Below, piece after piece: positions 20,120 to 29,205 of a DNA stretch of 64,000 nucleotides (positions within the stretch are counted from its first letter, which is position 1; each line of letters starts with the position of its first letter). The DNA comes from a virus: the IMG/VR virus record IMGVR_UViG_3300034375_010798; one strand, 5' to 3'. Position numbers and translations under genes: made by a program. Below the pieces are notes generated by a model. That model had not been told where the DNA came from. It ran no database searches and worked only from the letters and a program-made list of their open reading frames with translations.

Positions 20120-20649
20120 GCATAATTGATAATTTTTTTAAGATATCTAAAAAAATTAAAATAATAGCTTCTAATGAAATGAGACTTGAAGTTGTAAGAT
20201 ATTCATCAACAGATGAATCAACAATAGGTGCTTTATTTGATGTAACAAAAGAAAGAAAGTTTTTGTGTTATACATTAGAAGACGCACCACAAATAGAAAA
20301 AATACCCGGCAGAACAAGAATACCAGCTGGAACTTATGATATGAGATTAAGATCAGAAGGTGGTTTTCATAGAAAATATACTTTAAGGTTTGGTAAGAGT
20401 TTTCACAAGGGTATGTTACATATACAAGATGTTCCTAATTTTAAGTGGATATTAGTTCATTGTGGTAATACACAAGAAGATACATCTGGTTGTTTGTTAT
20501 TAGGTGATGTATCTTATAATAACACAATTAAGAATGGATTAATAAGTCAATCAGAATCTGCTTATCATAGAATATATCCTATTTTAGCTGATCATCTGAT
20601 AAAAGATGGTATAATTACCATAACATATGTAGATTATGATAATAATTAA
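20116..20649 (+). CDS. DUF5675-like protein, candidate cell-wall hydrolase
   Basis: STIG.L..CYTLED..RIPAGTY..VPNF..ILVHCGNT..DTSGCLLLG; follows the holin. Confidence 0.7.
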   Translation: MSIIDNFFKISKKIKIIASNEMRLEVVRYSSTDESTIGALFDVTKERKFLCYTLEDAPQIEKIPGRTRIPAGTYDMRLRSEGGFHRKYTLRFGKSFHKGMLHIQDVPNFKWILVHCGNTQEDTSGCLLLGDVSYNNTIKNGLISQSESAYHRIYPILADHLIKDGIITITYVDYDNN

Positions 20650-20693
20650 CATATTTATTAATATAGTATTTTATTAATTATAGGAGTTTTAAA

Positions 20694-21218
20694 ATGAATT
20701 TACAATCTTTTGATCAAATAAAACTACAAAGCCTTGATGTAGTTGGTTTATCTGCCACTGGTGATGATGGTTTTGGTGTTGTTAATACGCAAAGAACATT
20801 GCCTATAGAGGTGGCTGGTCGCCCTTTTTCTGTTATTTTTAAATCAAATGATGAAGCTGGAGCGCCAACATCATATCCCGCAACTATTAATTACACAATA
20901 CAGGTAAACAATAGCAGATATCTTGATCCAACAATTCAAAGAGCTTTTCACCCATCTCAGTTAGGAATACAAAGTGTTTATGAAAAAGCTTATAATAATG
21001 GTTTGTTAGATATTGAACCATCAAATCTAGATTCAACCTTTAACGCTAATTGGGTTGATTTAATTGGTGGGTTAGATCCAACAACCGCTTTCTTTTATTC
21101 TAGTGGAATGGCTGGTGATTATGGTTTTAGATATATAAGAGTTGTTAGTAATGTTCCTATGACATCAAATGAAAAGATTTTTGTTTATTATGGTGGTTTG
21201 GATCATATGGGTAAGTAA
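20694..21218 (+). CDS. Hypothetical, possibly virion beta-sandwich protein
   Basis: AGGAG SD and ATATTTAT upstream; YTIQV..WVDL..FRYIRVV. Confidence 0.55.
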   Translation: MNLQSFDQIKLQSLDVVGLSATGDDGFGVVNTQRTLPIEVAGRPFSVIFKSNDEAGAPTSYPATINYTIQVNNSRYLDPTIQRAFHPSQLGIQSVYEKAYNNGLLDIEPSNLDSTFNANWVDLIGGLDPTTAFFYSSGMAGDYGFRYIRVVSNVPMTSNEKIFVYYGGLDHMGK

Positions 21219-21240
21219 AAAAATAAGAAAGCAGGTTTAA

Positions 21241-21492
21241 TTGAGTGAATTAGAGTCAAATCCTTTAGGTTTACCTACCAAAACTACAAAAAAGTGGAAG
21301 GTAGATGAAAATACTAAGGTAAAAGAAGAAAGAAGAGTGTTGTTCCCTAACTTTTGCCCACATATCAGAAACGATACCAATAAGAAGTGTGGAAACTTCA
21401 TGCGAAATTGGGATCAAGTGTTTTATGATGACTATGATATGTGTGAAGAGTGTTATTTAAGAGAAAAACCTAAAAAAACAGTTGAAAAATGA
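21241..21492 (+). CDS. Small Cys-containing protein
   Basis: FCPH...CG...MCEEC. Confidence 0.6.
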   Translation: MSELESNPLGLPTKTTKKWKVDENTKVKEERRVLFPNFCPHIRNDTNKKCGNFMRNWDQVFYDDYDMCEECYLREKPKKTVEK

Positions 21493-21513
21493 GAATATTT
21501 TTATTATATTTAT
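21482..21513 (+). promoter_or_regulatory. Promoter for Hsp20
   Basis: TTGAAA (21482-87), 17 nt, TATATT (21505-10), overlapping ATATTTAT. Confidence 0.6.
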
Positions 21514-21601
21514 AAAATAATGTTGGATTCCCCAAAGAACCAATAAAAAACAAGCCACTCATAAGAGGGCATTAAAATTTATCCAAATAAGGAGAATTAT
21601 T

Positions 21602-22063
21602 ATGAATAAAGTAATTGTAAGTGATCCATTTGCAGGTTCAAACGTTTTTAACAATGTGGAAGCATTATTTGATTCTATGTTGAGAGATACTTTTAACACG
21701 GTGAATAGATCACCTATTGGCACTACCTTAAAAAAGGTTTCGTATCCAAAGGTAGATATTAGAGACACACATGACGCTGTTTATATTGACGCTACGGTCC
21801 CCGGATTGAAGAGTGAAGATATAAACATTGATTTTGATGATGGTTTTCTCAAAGTGTCTGCAGATAAGCAGGGTGATGTAGATGGCGAGTTTGTTCATAG
21901 AGAAATCCATCGCTCTTCATTCTCAAGATGGTTTCCTGTTGATGTAAAGGTTTTTGATGTAGAACAGATTAGTGCAAACATTGAAGATGGTATTCTAACA
22001 ATTGTTGTTCCTAAGAAAGAGGAAGCAAAGAAGCCATTACCAAGAAAAATTGAAGTAAAATAA
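21602..22063 (+). CDS. Small heat-shock protein (Hsp20)
   Basis: PKVDI..VPG..EDINI..HREI..SFSR..ANIEDGILTIVVPK alpha-crystallin domain. Confidence 0.93.
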   Translation: MNKVIVSDPFAGSNVFNNVEALFDSMLRDTFNTVNRSPIGTTLKKVSYPKVDIRDTHDAVYIDATVPGLKSEDINIDFDDGFLKVSADKQGDVDGEFVHREIHRSSFSRWFPVDVKVFDVEQISANIEDGILTIVVPKKEEAKKPLPRKIEVK

Positions 22064-22078
22064 AAATTTAATATTGGA

Positions 22079-22501
22079 TTGGGGAATCCAACTATATCGG
22101 AGAAAATTAAGATGATGATGGTAAATCCAGAGGTATACACAAACTCACCTAATAGAGTAGAAGAAGATCAATCAGTTCAAAGCGCAATAGAGGTGATAGC
22201 TAATTATGTAGAAAAAGTTCCAGAAACAAACGCGAAATTTGCTGATGACTTACTTATGTTAAGCACTACAGTTGTTAGTAAGATTTCTGACGCTAATCAA
22301 GCGCAGATAGATTTTGAACAACAAATGGCTGAATTATCAAAATTAATTGTAAAAGATCTAAAAGATAACGGTTATTCAAGTGCAAGACTTACAATGATTA
22401 ATGTTGATGTTAACCCCGGCATGTATAGATATGCTGGAAGTGGCACACAAAACAGACAAGCTATGTATACTGCAGTAGCTACGTTTCAAATTTTTGTTTA
22501 A
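22079..22501 (+). CDS. Hypothetical protein
   Basis: ORF; exact start uncertain. Confidence 0.55.
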   Translation: MGNPTISEKIKMMMVNPEVYTNSPNRVEEDQSVQSAIEVIANYVEKVPETNAKFADDLLMLSTTVVSKISDANQAQIDFEQQMAELSKLIVKDLKDNGYSSARLTMINVDVNPGMYRYAGSGTQNRQAMYTAVATFQIFV

Positions 22502-22515
22502 AGAAAAGAGGACTA

Positions 22516-23826
22516 ATGGTAGATGATTTAAATCTTCAATTTAGAGATGGTGAAGAAAGAGAAAAGATTAAGAAGTTATTTATGACTCCACCTTCTATTA
22601 ATGAAGAGAGACCAACAATTGTTTTTTCAACCCCTTCTGAAACAGGGACTAGTTATTTTAGGTTATTTGAACCTATGAGAGCAATGTATAAAAAGTTTTC
22701 TGATGAAGCTAATTTTGTTTATACAGAAAAATTACAACCAGAGCATGTAGATATGGCAGATTGTATTTTAATGCATCGTTGTGGTGAACTTCATTCTAAA
22801 TATTTAAATGTTGCAAGAATGTGGCCCAAGACAGAGGTCCGGCCATTAGTTATACATGATGTAGACGATAATGAGTTCAATCTTCCAGCAACTCATCCGA
22901 TGAAGGAGTTATGGGAACAGGCTGGTAAGGATAAGATGAGTGTTCATTCTTTAAAGTATAGTGATTACATAACAACTACTACACCCAAATTAAAAGAAAC
23001 TTTTAATAATTTTAATCAAAATGTTAGTGTTTTTCCAAATAAATTTGATTGGAATTTACATCAATGGAATTTAGATAAAGAGCAAGTAAGAAGAGAAATG
23101 TTGGAAGAATGGTTTCCAACTGATGATAAAATTATTATTGGTTGGGCTGGATTAACATCTCATTATGCGGATATTGAAAAGATGGCTCCAATACTTAAAG
23201 TTATTCACGATAGATATCCTAATACTCACTTTATCATTGCCGGTTTAGCTTTAAAGGATTCAAATGTAAAGGTTGAGATGGTTAATGGTAAGAAAACCTT
23301 TAAAGAGGTTGATGTAGAAGATGAATCAAAAACATATAGTGGTAGAGTAAAAGCTCTTTTTAATAGATTTGATCAGAAAAGAGTTAAGTTTTTTAAGGCT
23401 CTTCCATTAGAAGAATATGGTAAGTTTTATAGTTTGTTTGATATTAGTATGGCTTATATTGAGCATAATACTTTTAACTCTTGTAAGTCAGAAATTAAAG
23501 TTGTTGAATCTTTAAGGTATGGTTGCCCAACTATATATTCAAATTTTGGTGGGTATAGAGATTTTTCACAATCTTTGCCAAGTAGTCTTGATAATAAGGG
23601 ATTTTATCTAAAGGATAACAGTAGGCAGAAGTGGGTAAATGCTCTTGCAAATTGTATTGATAACTTGGATGAATCAAAAAAACATGCTCTTGCTTTAAGA
23701 GATTATGTAAGTGATATTTATAATATTGACAACTCTATTGAAGATCATTTTTATTTCATAAGAGAAAAGATAGAAGAACATAGAGAAAAACAAGTTAATA
23801 ACGCAGCAAGGTATATGGAAATATAG
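22516..23826 (+). CDS. GT-B glycosyltransferase
   Basis: SYFRLFEP, DVDDN, IGWAG..SH..D, FNSCKSEIKVVE. Confidence 0.8.
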   Translation: MVDDLNLQFRDGEEREKIKKLFMTPPSINEERPTIVFSTPSETGTSYFRLFEPMRAMYKKFSDEANFVYTEKLQPEHVDMADCILMHRCGELHSKYLNVARMWPKTEVRPLVIHDVDDNEFNLPATHPMKELWEQAGKDKMSVHSLKYSDYITTTTPKLKETFNNFNQNVSVFPNKFDWNLHQWNLDKEQVRREMLEEWFPTDDKIIIGWAGLTSHYADIEKMAPILKVIHDRYPNTHFIIAGLALKDSNVKVEMVNGKKTFKEVDVEDESKTYSGRVKALFNRFDQKRVKFFKALPLEEYGKFYSLFDISMAYIEHNTFNSCKSEIKVVESLRYGCPTIYSNFGGYRDFSQSLPSSLDNKGFYLKDNSRQKWVNALANCIDNLDESKKHALALRDYVSDIYNIDNSIEDHFYFIREKIEEHREKQVNNAARYMEI

Positions 23827-23827
23827 T

Positions 23828-24109
23828 ATGGAAGAAAAACAAAACATATTAGGTGATGAATATGAGGTTTTAAGTTCTGGTAAGGTTATAAAGGGAGATT
23901 ACTGGTATATACTTGATGGTAAGAAAACACTTATCTTAAATCTCCCCAATACCATTAACGAAAATGACATAGAAGAAATACTCTCAGATTATAAGAAACT
24001 TCAGTGGGGTAAATTTTATAATCCTTTTAAAAAGAGAACATATGTTGTTGTTAGGGAATATAATATAAATAAGTTAGAATCTAGTTTGTTTAATATTACG
24101 GAGACTTAG
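23828..24109 (+). CDS. Hypothetical protein
   Basis: ORF in operon. Confidence 0.5.
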   Translation: MEEKQNILGDEYEVLSSGKVIKGDYWYILDGKKTLILNLPNTINENDIEEILSDYKKLQWGKFYNPFKKRTYVVVREYNINKLESSLFNITET

Positions 24110-24111
24110 TT

Positions 24112-24441
24112 TTGGATAACAAAGATTTAGAATTAAAAAAAATAGCTGAGGACATATATGTTGATTGTCTTAATGAGTTATTATACGAACAAGTTGGCGA
24201 TGCAAAGATTTTATTTGGGCCACTAGTAAGAAAATTAAGAAGAGTCAATGGGTCTTTAAAGGTTGTTCGTAAAAGAAAGAAGAAACTTCCTTTGTCATTA
24301 AGAAATATAACTAAAGCAGCTGCTCGCAGAAGAGCAAGAAGGTCAGCTATAAATAGAAAAGCCAAACAAAAGCTAATCAGTAAGAAAGCTCAAAGAACTA
24401 CCAAAAAAGGTAGAAGAATGGGTCTTTATAAAAACAAGTAG
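24112..24441 (+). CDS. Highly basic protein with acidic leader, resembling T4-like prohead core proteins
   Basis: ..LNELLYE then a K/R-rich body (AAARRRARRSAINRKAK). Confidence 0.6.
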   Translation: MDNKDLELKKIAEDIYVDCLNELLYEQVGDAKILFGPLVRKLRRVNGSLKVVRKRKKKLPLSLRNITKAAARRRARRSAINRKAKQKLISKKAQRTTKKGRRMGLYKNK

Positions 24442-24449
24442 GTGATTTT

Positions 24450-24611
24450 ATGACATATTCAACAGATACATTAATATGTGGCGTTTGTAAAGGTAAAAAG
24501 ATTATAGTAAATGAATCTACTAAGAAGAATGAACTTTGTCCGAAATGTCAAGGACAAGGTAATCTAAATGAATCTTTAGGTCAGAAAAGTAAGACACTAC
24601 TAAGAGGATAA
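24450..24611 (+). CDS. 53-aa DnaJ-type CxxCxGxG zinc-finger microprotein (not in ORF track)
   Basis: MTYSTDTLICGVCKGKK..LCPKCQGQGNL..LLRG*; AGGTG SD; stop codon abuts the tmRNA. Confidence 0.7.
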   Translation: MTYSTDTLICGVCKGKKIIVNESTKKNELCPKCQGQGNLNESLGQKSKTLLRG

Positions 24612-24895
24612 GGGCCAGAAATGGCATCGACTGGTGTTGGATTTATTAGACGCATGGCGGAGAAGATGCTTGGCTCCGTTATCAAAGTATCAAAACAATA
24701 ACTGACGAAACTCAGGAATATCGTTTAGCCGCTTAGAGCTAAACCACTCAGTAACAAAATTTATTCTTTTGATAGTTACATAAGAGTGTCATTATAAAAG
24801 AAGCATTGTCGATTATGTGAGTAGTAACTAACCATGTATATCGGGTAATAATGAAGATAGACAGGACATGGGTTCGACTCCCATCTGGTCCACCA
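24612..24895 (+). ncRNA. ssrA: tmRNA (transfer-messenger RNA)
   Basis: 5' GGGCCAG pairs with 3' CTGGTCC-ACCA, with the G3.U alanine identity pair; 5' GGCATCGAC motif; T-arm ATGGG-TTCGACT-CCCAT; tag frame 24704-24736 (A)DETQEYRLAA* after an ATAACT resume context. Confidence 0.95.
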
Positions 24896-24921
24896 ATATT
24901 TAAATATGGAGATTTATAATC

Positions 24922-25248
24922 ATGGCAAAAGCTAAGGCCAAAACAAAGGCAAAAGTAAAAACAGTAGCAAAGAAAACGTTAACAAAGAAAATTGAAGAGA
25001 CAAAGGTTGATGAAGAAAATAAAACAGAAGTAGCTTCAGCATATGAAGCACCCACCCCTCAACCTCCTCCTCCTGTAGAGGTTAAAAAAACAAATCAAAC
25101 AAAAACTTTCAAACATGCTGGTGTTGATATAGCCAGAAAAATGGCTGATGATTTTATTGCTGAAAGTGGTGTGGAGGTTGTTAGTAAGACTTCTTCTGTT
25201 AATAGAGAAGTTGGCAGATACGAGGTTGTTGTTACCTATTTAGCTTAA
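24922..25248 (+). CDS. Hypothetical protein with K/A-rich N-terminus and Pro linker
   Basis: GGAG SD; MAKAKAKTKAKVK. Confidence 0.65.
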   Translation: MAKAKAKTKAKVKTVAKKTLTKKIEETKVDEENKTEVASAYEAPTPQPPPPVEVKKTNQTKTFKHAGVDIARKMADDFIAESGVEVVSKTSSVNREVGRYEVVVTYLA

Positions 25249-25266
25249 TTTATTAAAATATAGTTT

Positions 25267-25296
25267 AAAAACCCATGTTTTTACATGGGTTTTTTT
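25267..25296 (+). terminator. Intrinsic terminator
   Basis: AAAAACCCATGT / ACATGGGTTTTT stem followed by a T-run. Confidence 0.75.
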
Positions 25297-25332
25297 ATAT
25301 TTATTATGTAATTTATTTTTGGAGTGTGTTTT

Positions 25333-25623
25333 ATGACATTATCAGAACTATTAAGAGATTTAATGTCTCAACTTGAAGAAAGAAAATGGGGTAAGGCTCA
25401 AGGTAGGGATTACTCTAAGGAGAAAGATTATAATAACTCTCCAGAAAGAATAAAATATCGTTCTGAACTAAATAAGTATAATCGCAAGAAGGGAACTTAT
25501 GGTAATGGTGATGGTAAGGATGCATCCCATAAGAATGGTAAGATAGCTGGTTTTGAGAAATCTAGTAAGAATAAAGGTCGTAAAGAGAAAAGTAGATTAA
25601 AGGGATATAATAAAAGAAAATGA
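25333..25623 (+). CDS. Small basic HNH-like protein with cleavable-looking leader
   Basis: MTLSELLRDLMSQLEE|RKW; RDYSKE..GDGKDASHK..N.GR. Confidence 0.6.
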   Translation: MTLSELLRDLMSQLEERKWGKAQGRDYSKEKDYNNSPERIKYRSELNKYNRKKGTYGNGDGKDASHKNGKIAGFEKSSKNKGRKEKSRLKGYNKRK

Positions 25624-26774
25624 AACTATATCGCATAATAGAAGAAACTAAACATTCATCAAGGAGCAATGCTTCTGTTCAAGCTCAAAAGGCTGGTTTG
25701 ACAAATATTGGATTTGGTCGATGGGTAGATAAAGATAATAATTTAGTAGCATTTTCATCAGCTGATGGTAACACACTTATACCTAAAGATCAGTCTTATA
25801 ACAATAAGAGTGCTAGTAAATCTCAACAGCAACCAAATTTTGATAAGGAAGATGGTTGGGGTATGGTTGATCATAAATCTTCAAAAGTTAGAAAGGTTAG
25901 AGATTATACCGATAAAGAGTATGAAGAAGAAACTGGTGAATACTTTGAGAATGATTTTACTAAAAATTTAGCTCCTAATGCTTTCAAAGATAAGGATGAT
26001 ATGATTGAAAAGATGCGAGAAGCAAAACCTCAATTTTTATCATCAAAAGAATTAGAGAGTATTAATAATTGTGATGCTGGAGAGATACTAAGCTCTACTG
26101 ATGGATTGGTAGGTGATGAAGCTAAAAAAGCTATGATGAGTTTAGGTAAGGAAAAAGCTGAAGATTATGGTAAGGATTGGGATAGAATAGGTGATGCAAT
26201 AGAGAAGAATGATCCTGTTCCTTCTCCGATGGTTTTAAGAGATAAGAATGGAGATATGTCTCTATTAGCTGGTAATACGAGATTGATGTCATATACAGCA
26301 CACGGTAAGAATATGCCGGTGAAAATTATTGATTACGAAGGTTATTTTAATTGGCCACAAGAAAAGAATGAAGGAAATAACATGAAACTAACAGATTTAT
26401 TAAAAAAAGAAGCTAAGGGTGATAAAGACGAATACCAACAAAAGTTTAGAGATATGATGTCTAAACACGGTATTGATTCTATAGATGACTTAGAGGATGA
26501 TGAAAAAGATGATTTCTTTAATGATGTTGATGATGCACACGTTAGCGATGAAGAAGAGTTAAAAAAAGAAGGTTATAAACCAAGAATAACTCGCAAAGAA
26601 ATGGCTGAGGTGAAACTTTTTACAGAAAAGAATACACCTACAGATAAAAAGAAGTGGGCGGCTTCTGTAGCTGCAGCTAAGAGAAAGTTCAAAGTGTATC
26701 CTTCAGCATATGCAAACGCATGGGCAGCAAAACATTATAAGAAGAATGGCGGATCTTGGAGATCTAAGGGATGA
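25620..26774 (+). CDS. Multi-module candidate head-internal protein with a ParB/Srx-like segment
   Basis: MKLYRIIEE leader; PMVLRD..LLAGNTRL; internal MKLTDLLKKE; C-terminal VYPSAYANAW..YKKNGGSW. Confidence 0.65.
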   Translation: MKLYRIIEETKHSSRSNASVQAQKAGLTNIGFGRWVDKDNNLVAFSSADGNTLIPKDQSYNNKSASKSQQQPNFDKEDGWGMVDHKSSKVRKVRDYTDKEYEEETGEYFENDFTKNLAPNAFKDKDDMIEKMREAKPQFLSSKELESINNCDAGEILSSTDGLVGDEAKKAMMSLGKEKAEDYGKDWDRIGDAIEKNDPVPSPMVLRDKNGDMSLLAGNTRLMSYTAHGKNMPVKIIDYEGYFNWPQEKNEGNNMKLTDLLKKEAKGDKDEYQQKFRDMMSKHGIDSIDDLEDDEKDDFFNDVDDAHVSDEEELKKEGYKPRITRKEMAEVKLFTEKNTPTDKKKWAASVAAAKRKFKVYPSAYANAWAAKHYKKNGGSWRSKG

Positions 26775-27082
26775 AACTAAGAGAAGTGTTGGATACACTT
26801 TATTTAAGTGAAAAAGTTTATAAGAATTCCGGACTAGGTAAATGGTTTGGAGAAAAATGGGTCGATGTTAGTCGTAAGAACAAAGACGGTAGTCACCCGC
26901 CTTGTGGAGCATCTGCCGGTAAGAAGTCTCGTAAGGGTGGTCAAAGAGCTTATCCTAAGTGCCGTAAGAAGTCTGTTGCTGCAAGTATGTCTAAGAAAGA
27001 TAAGAAGAATGCTGTAGCAAGAAAAAGAAAACATTACGGTAGTAAGGGTAGACCTAAGAAAAAAGCTATAATGCAAAAGTAG
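26771..27082 (+). CDS. Basic protein (GLGKWFGEKWVD..PCG..YPKC)
   Basis: MKLREVL..YLSE leader; K/R-rich. Confidence 0.65.
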   Translation: MKLREVLDTLYLSEKVYKNSGLGKWFGEKWVDVSRKNKDGSHPPCGASAGKKSRKGGQRAYPKCRKKSVAASMSKKDKKNAVARKRKHYGSKGRPKKKAIMQK

Positions 27083-27171
27083 AATTATTATGTGTATACT
27101 TAGATGGATAAAGAAAATATTTAATAGAATAAAAAAGGTGGATGAGTTAGATACATCTTGGAGAGATTAGT

Positions 27172-27375
27172 ATGAAGTTAAAAAACTTACTTGAAGGTGA
27201 TGATGAAGGATCTATGGCAAGAAGTGAGTTAAAAAGAACTGCCAAGATAGCATCAATGTTGTTAGATAAAATAGAAGATGGCGATGAGTTACCAGCATGG
27301 ACACAATCTAAGATTACAAAAGCACTGGATTATGTGCAATCAGTTTTCAATTATATGGATGGAGATAAGAAATAA
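27172..27375 (+). CDS. Small helical protein, candidate head-internal
   Basis: MKLKNLLE|GDDEGSMARSEL..WTQSKITKALDY. Confidence 0.65.
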   Translation: MKLKNLLEGDDEGSMARSELKRTAKIASMLLDKIEDGDELPAWTQSKITKALDYVQSVFNYMDGDKK

Positions 27376-27962
27376 TGAAATTATCTACAATAATAAAAAA
27401 AGAAAAAGTTATTACTGAAGCTATAAAGTTTCATAAAAAAGATTCTATTCCTCTTTCAGAAAGTGTTTTTAGAAATGGAAGTGAGAATTATTTCTCCTTA
27501 TATAGAGAAGCTAGAAAACAATATAATGATGGCAAATTAGAAGGTCTTACTGCAGAAGATATGGAAATATTGGAAACAGATATTGGTGAGTTTGCAGAAT
27601 TTGAAGGCAATAAAGTTCCTCTTGATTGCCCAATAATGGTTGATGTATCTGAAGAAATTGACGAAGCAGAATACCAAGGCAAGAAGGTTCAGTTAGGTAA
27701 ACCTAAAAGAGGTGGTAGTAAAAAGTTTTATGTTTATGTAAAGAACCCTAAAACTGGAAATGTAAAGAAAGTAAGTTTTGGTGCTAAGAGTGGTGGGGGA
27801 TCTCTATCTGTAAAACTTAAAGATCCAAAAGCTAAGAAGGCTTTTGCTTCAAGACATAATTGCGAACAAGCTAAAGATAAGACAAAAGCTTCATATTGGG
27901 CATGTAGACTTCCTAGATATGCAAAGTCATTAGGTCTATCTGGTGGAGGTAAGTGGTGGTAG
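27375..27962 (+). CDS. Basic-domain protein, candidate head-internal
   Basis: MKLSTII..VITE|A; IDE|AEYQGKKV..KKVSFG..FASRHNC..YWAC. Confidence 0.65.
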   Translation: MKLSTIIKKEKVITEAIKFHKKDSIPLSESVFRNGSENYFSLYREARKQYNDGKLEGLTAEDMEILETDIGEFAEFEGNKVPLDCPIMVDVSEEIDEAEYQGKKVQLGKPKRGGSKKFYVYVKNPKTGNVKKVSFGAKSGGGSLSVKLKDPKAKKAFASRHNCEQAKDKTKASYWACRLPRYAKSLGLSGGGKWW

Positions 27963-28234
27963 ATAAACCATATATAGAACAAAGAAAGTTAAAATATATT
28001 AAAAGAGAATTTTCAGCTGATGTTGATTCGGATGAGTTAGTATGGCACAGAGATAGAAAAGACAGAACAGTTTTAGTAAAACAATCTGACGATTGGTATA
28101 TACAGATGGATAATAAAATGCCAGAAAAACTAACAGAAAATTCTGAATTTTATATTCCAAAAAATTTTTATCATAGGTTAATTATAGGCAGTAATGCACA
28201 AAAAAATCTTATTATTTATATAATGGAGTCTTAA
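27953..28234 (+). CDS. Cupin-like small protein
   Basis: ELVWHRD..W.IQMDN..IPKNFYHRLI. Confidence 0.6.
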   Translation: MVVDKPYIEQRKLKYIKREFSADVDSDELVWHRDRKDRTVLVKQSDDWYIQMDNKMPEKLTENSEFYIPKNFYHRLIIGSNAQKNLIIYIMES

Positions 28235-28235
28235 T

Positions 28236-28892
28236 ATGTCAAACCATATGCATAAGATAGGAGAAAAATATTCAACAGATAAGATTTCTTTACATAAATA
28301 TCATTTAATATATGATTTCTTTTTTCAAAGCTTATATAATCAATCTGGTTCTTTACTTGAGATAGGTATTCAAAAAGGTGAATCATTAAGAATGTGGCAT
28401 GAGCTTTTTAAAAATATGAATATATATGGTGTTGATATGGATAATTACTCAATAAGCGATATTCAAAAACAAGGTGATAATCTAGATAGACTAACATTAT
28501 TAAGTAATATAAAGCAAGGTGAAAATATTGATCACCTTGATAAAGTGGATATTCCAGAGTTACGTATAGTTATTGACGACGCATCTCATTACCCACCACA
28601 TCAAATAGAAACCTTTAATAATTTATTTCCTAGATTAGAAAATGGTGGTTTATATATAATAGAAGATATTGAAACTTCTTACTGGACTGCTGGTAGAAAA
28701 CTTTATGGCAATTCAATGAATTATGGTGTTGGGTCAAACGGATCAACTGTTGAAATTTTTAAAGGTGTTGTTGAGGGTATTAATAATAAAAATAGTAAAA
28801 TTTATAGAGAACAGTTTATACCTCAAGTAATACAGGAATATATTATGAGTGTTGTTTTTGCTCTAAATTGTATAATAGTAATAAAAAAATAA
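28236..28892 (+). CDS. Class I SAM-dependent (O-)methyltransferase
   Basis: TDK..H.Y..LLEIGI..GESL; VIDDASH; GGLYIIED. Confidence 0.85.
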   Translation: MSNHMHKIGEKYSTDKISLHKYHLIYDFFFQSLYNQSGSLLEIGIQKGESLRMWHELFKNMNIYGVDMDNYSISDIQKQGDNLDRLTLLSNIKQGENIDHLDKVDIPELRIVIDDASHYPPHQIETFNNLFPRLENGGLYIIEDIETSYWTAGRKLYGNSMNYGVGSNGSTVEIFKGVVEGINNKNSKIYREQFIPQVIQEYIMSVVFALNCIIVIKK

Positions 28893-28902
28893 GGAAGATA
28901 AA

Positions 28903-29172
28903 ATGAAATTAGGCGATTTGATTAATGAGGTTGATGAAAAAATTATTAAGAAGAGCACCATAATGATGTTAAAAAATCTTCTTGATAAACAGGATGAATC
29001 ATCTTGCGGTTCAGACAAAGAAGAAGTTAATAGTAGTGATGTAGAAGAAGATTCTCCCCCCGGTGATAATTATAAACGTATGGTAAAACATTTAAAAGAT
29101 AGGTTTGGTAAAGATTCAGAAATACCTTATCAAATTGCTTGGTCAAAATATAACAAAAGAAATAAAAAATAA
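28903..29172 (+). CDS. Hypothetical, candidate head-internal protein
   Basis: MKLGDLINE leader; PYQIAWSKYNK. Confidence 0.6.
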   Translation: MKLGDLINEVDEKIIKKSTIMMLKNLLDKQDESSCGSDKEEVNSSDVEEDSPPGDNYKRMVKHLKDRFGKDSEIPYQIAWSKYNKRNKK

Positions 29173-29205
29173 TATACAAAAAAATGTTTTTTTATTATAT
29201 TTATT

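Noticed and set aside
21551-21573. CIRCE operator before Hsp20
   Set aside because: GCCACTC-ATAA-GAGGGC does not match TTAGCACTC-N9-GAGTGCTAA in arms or spacing.
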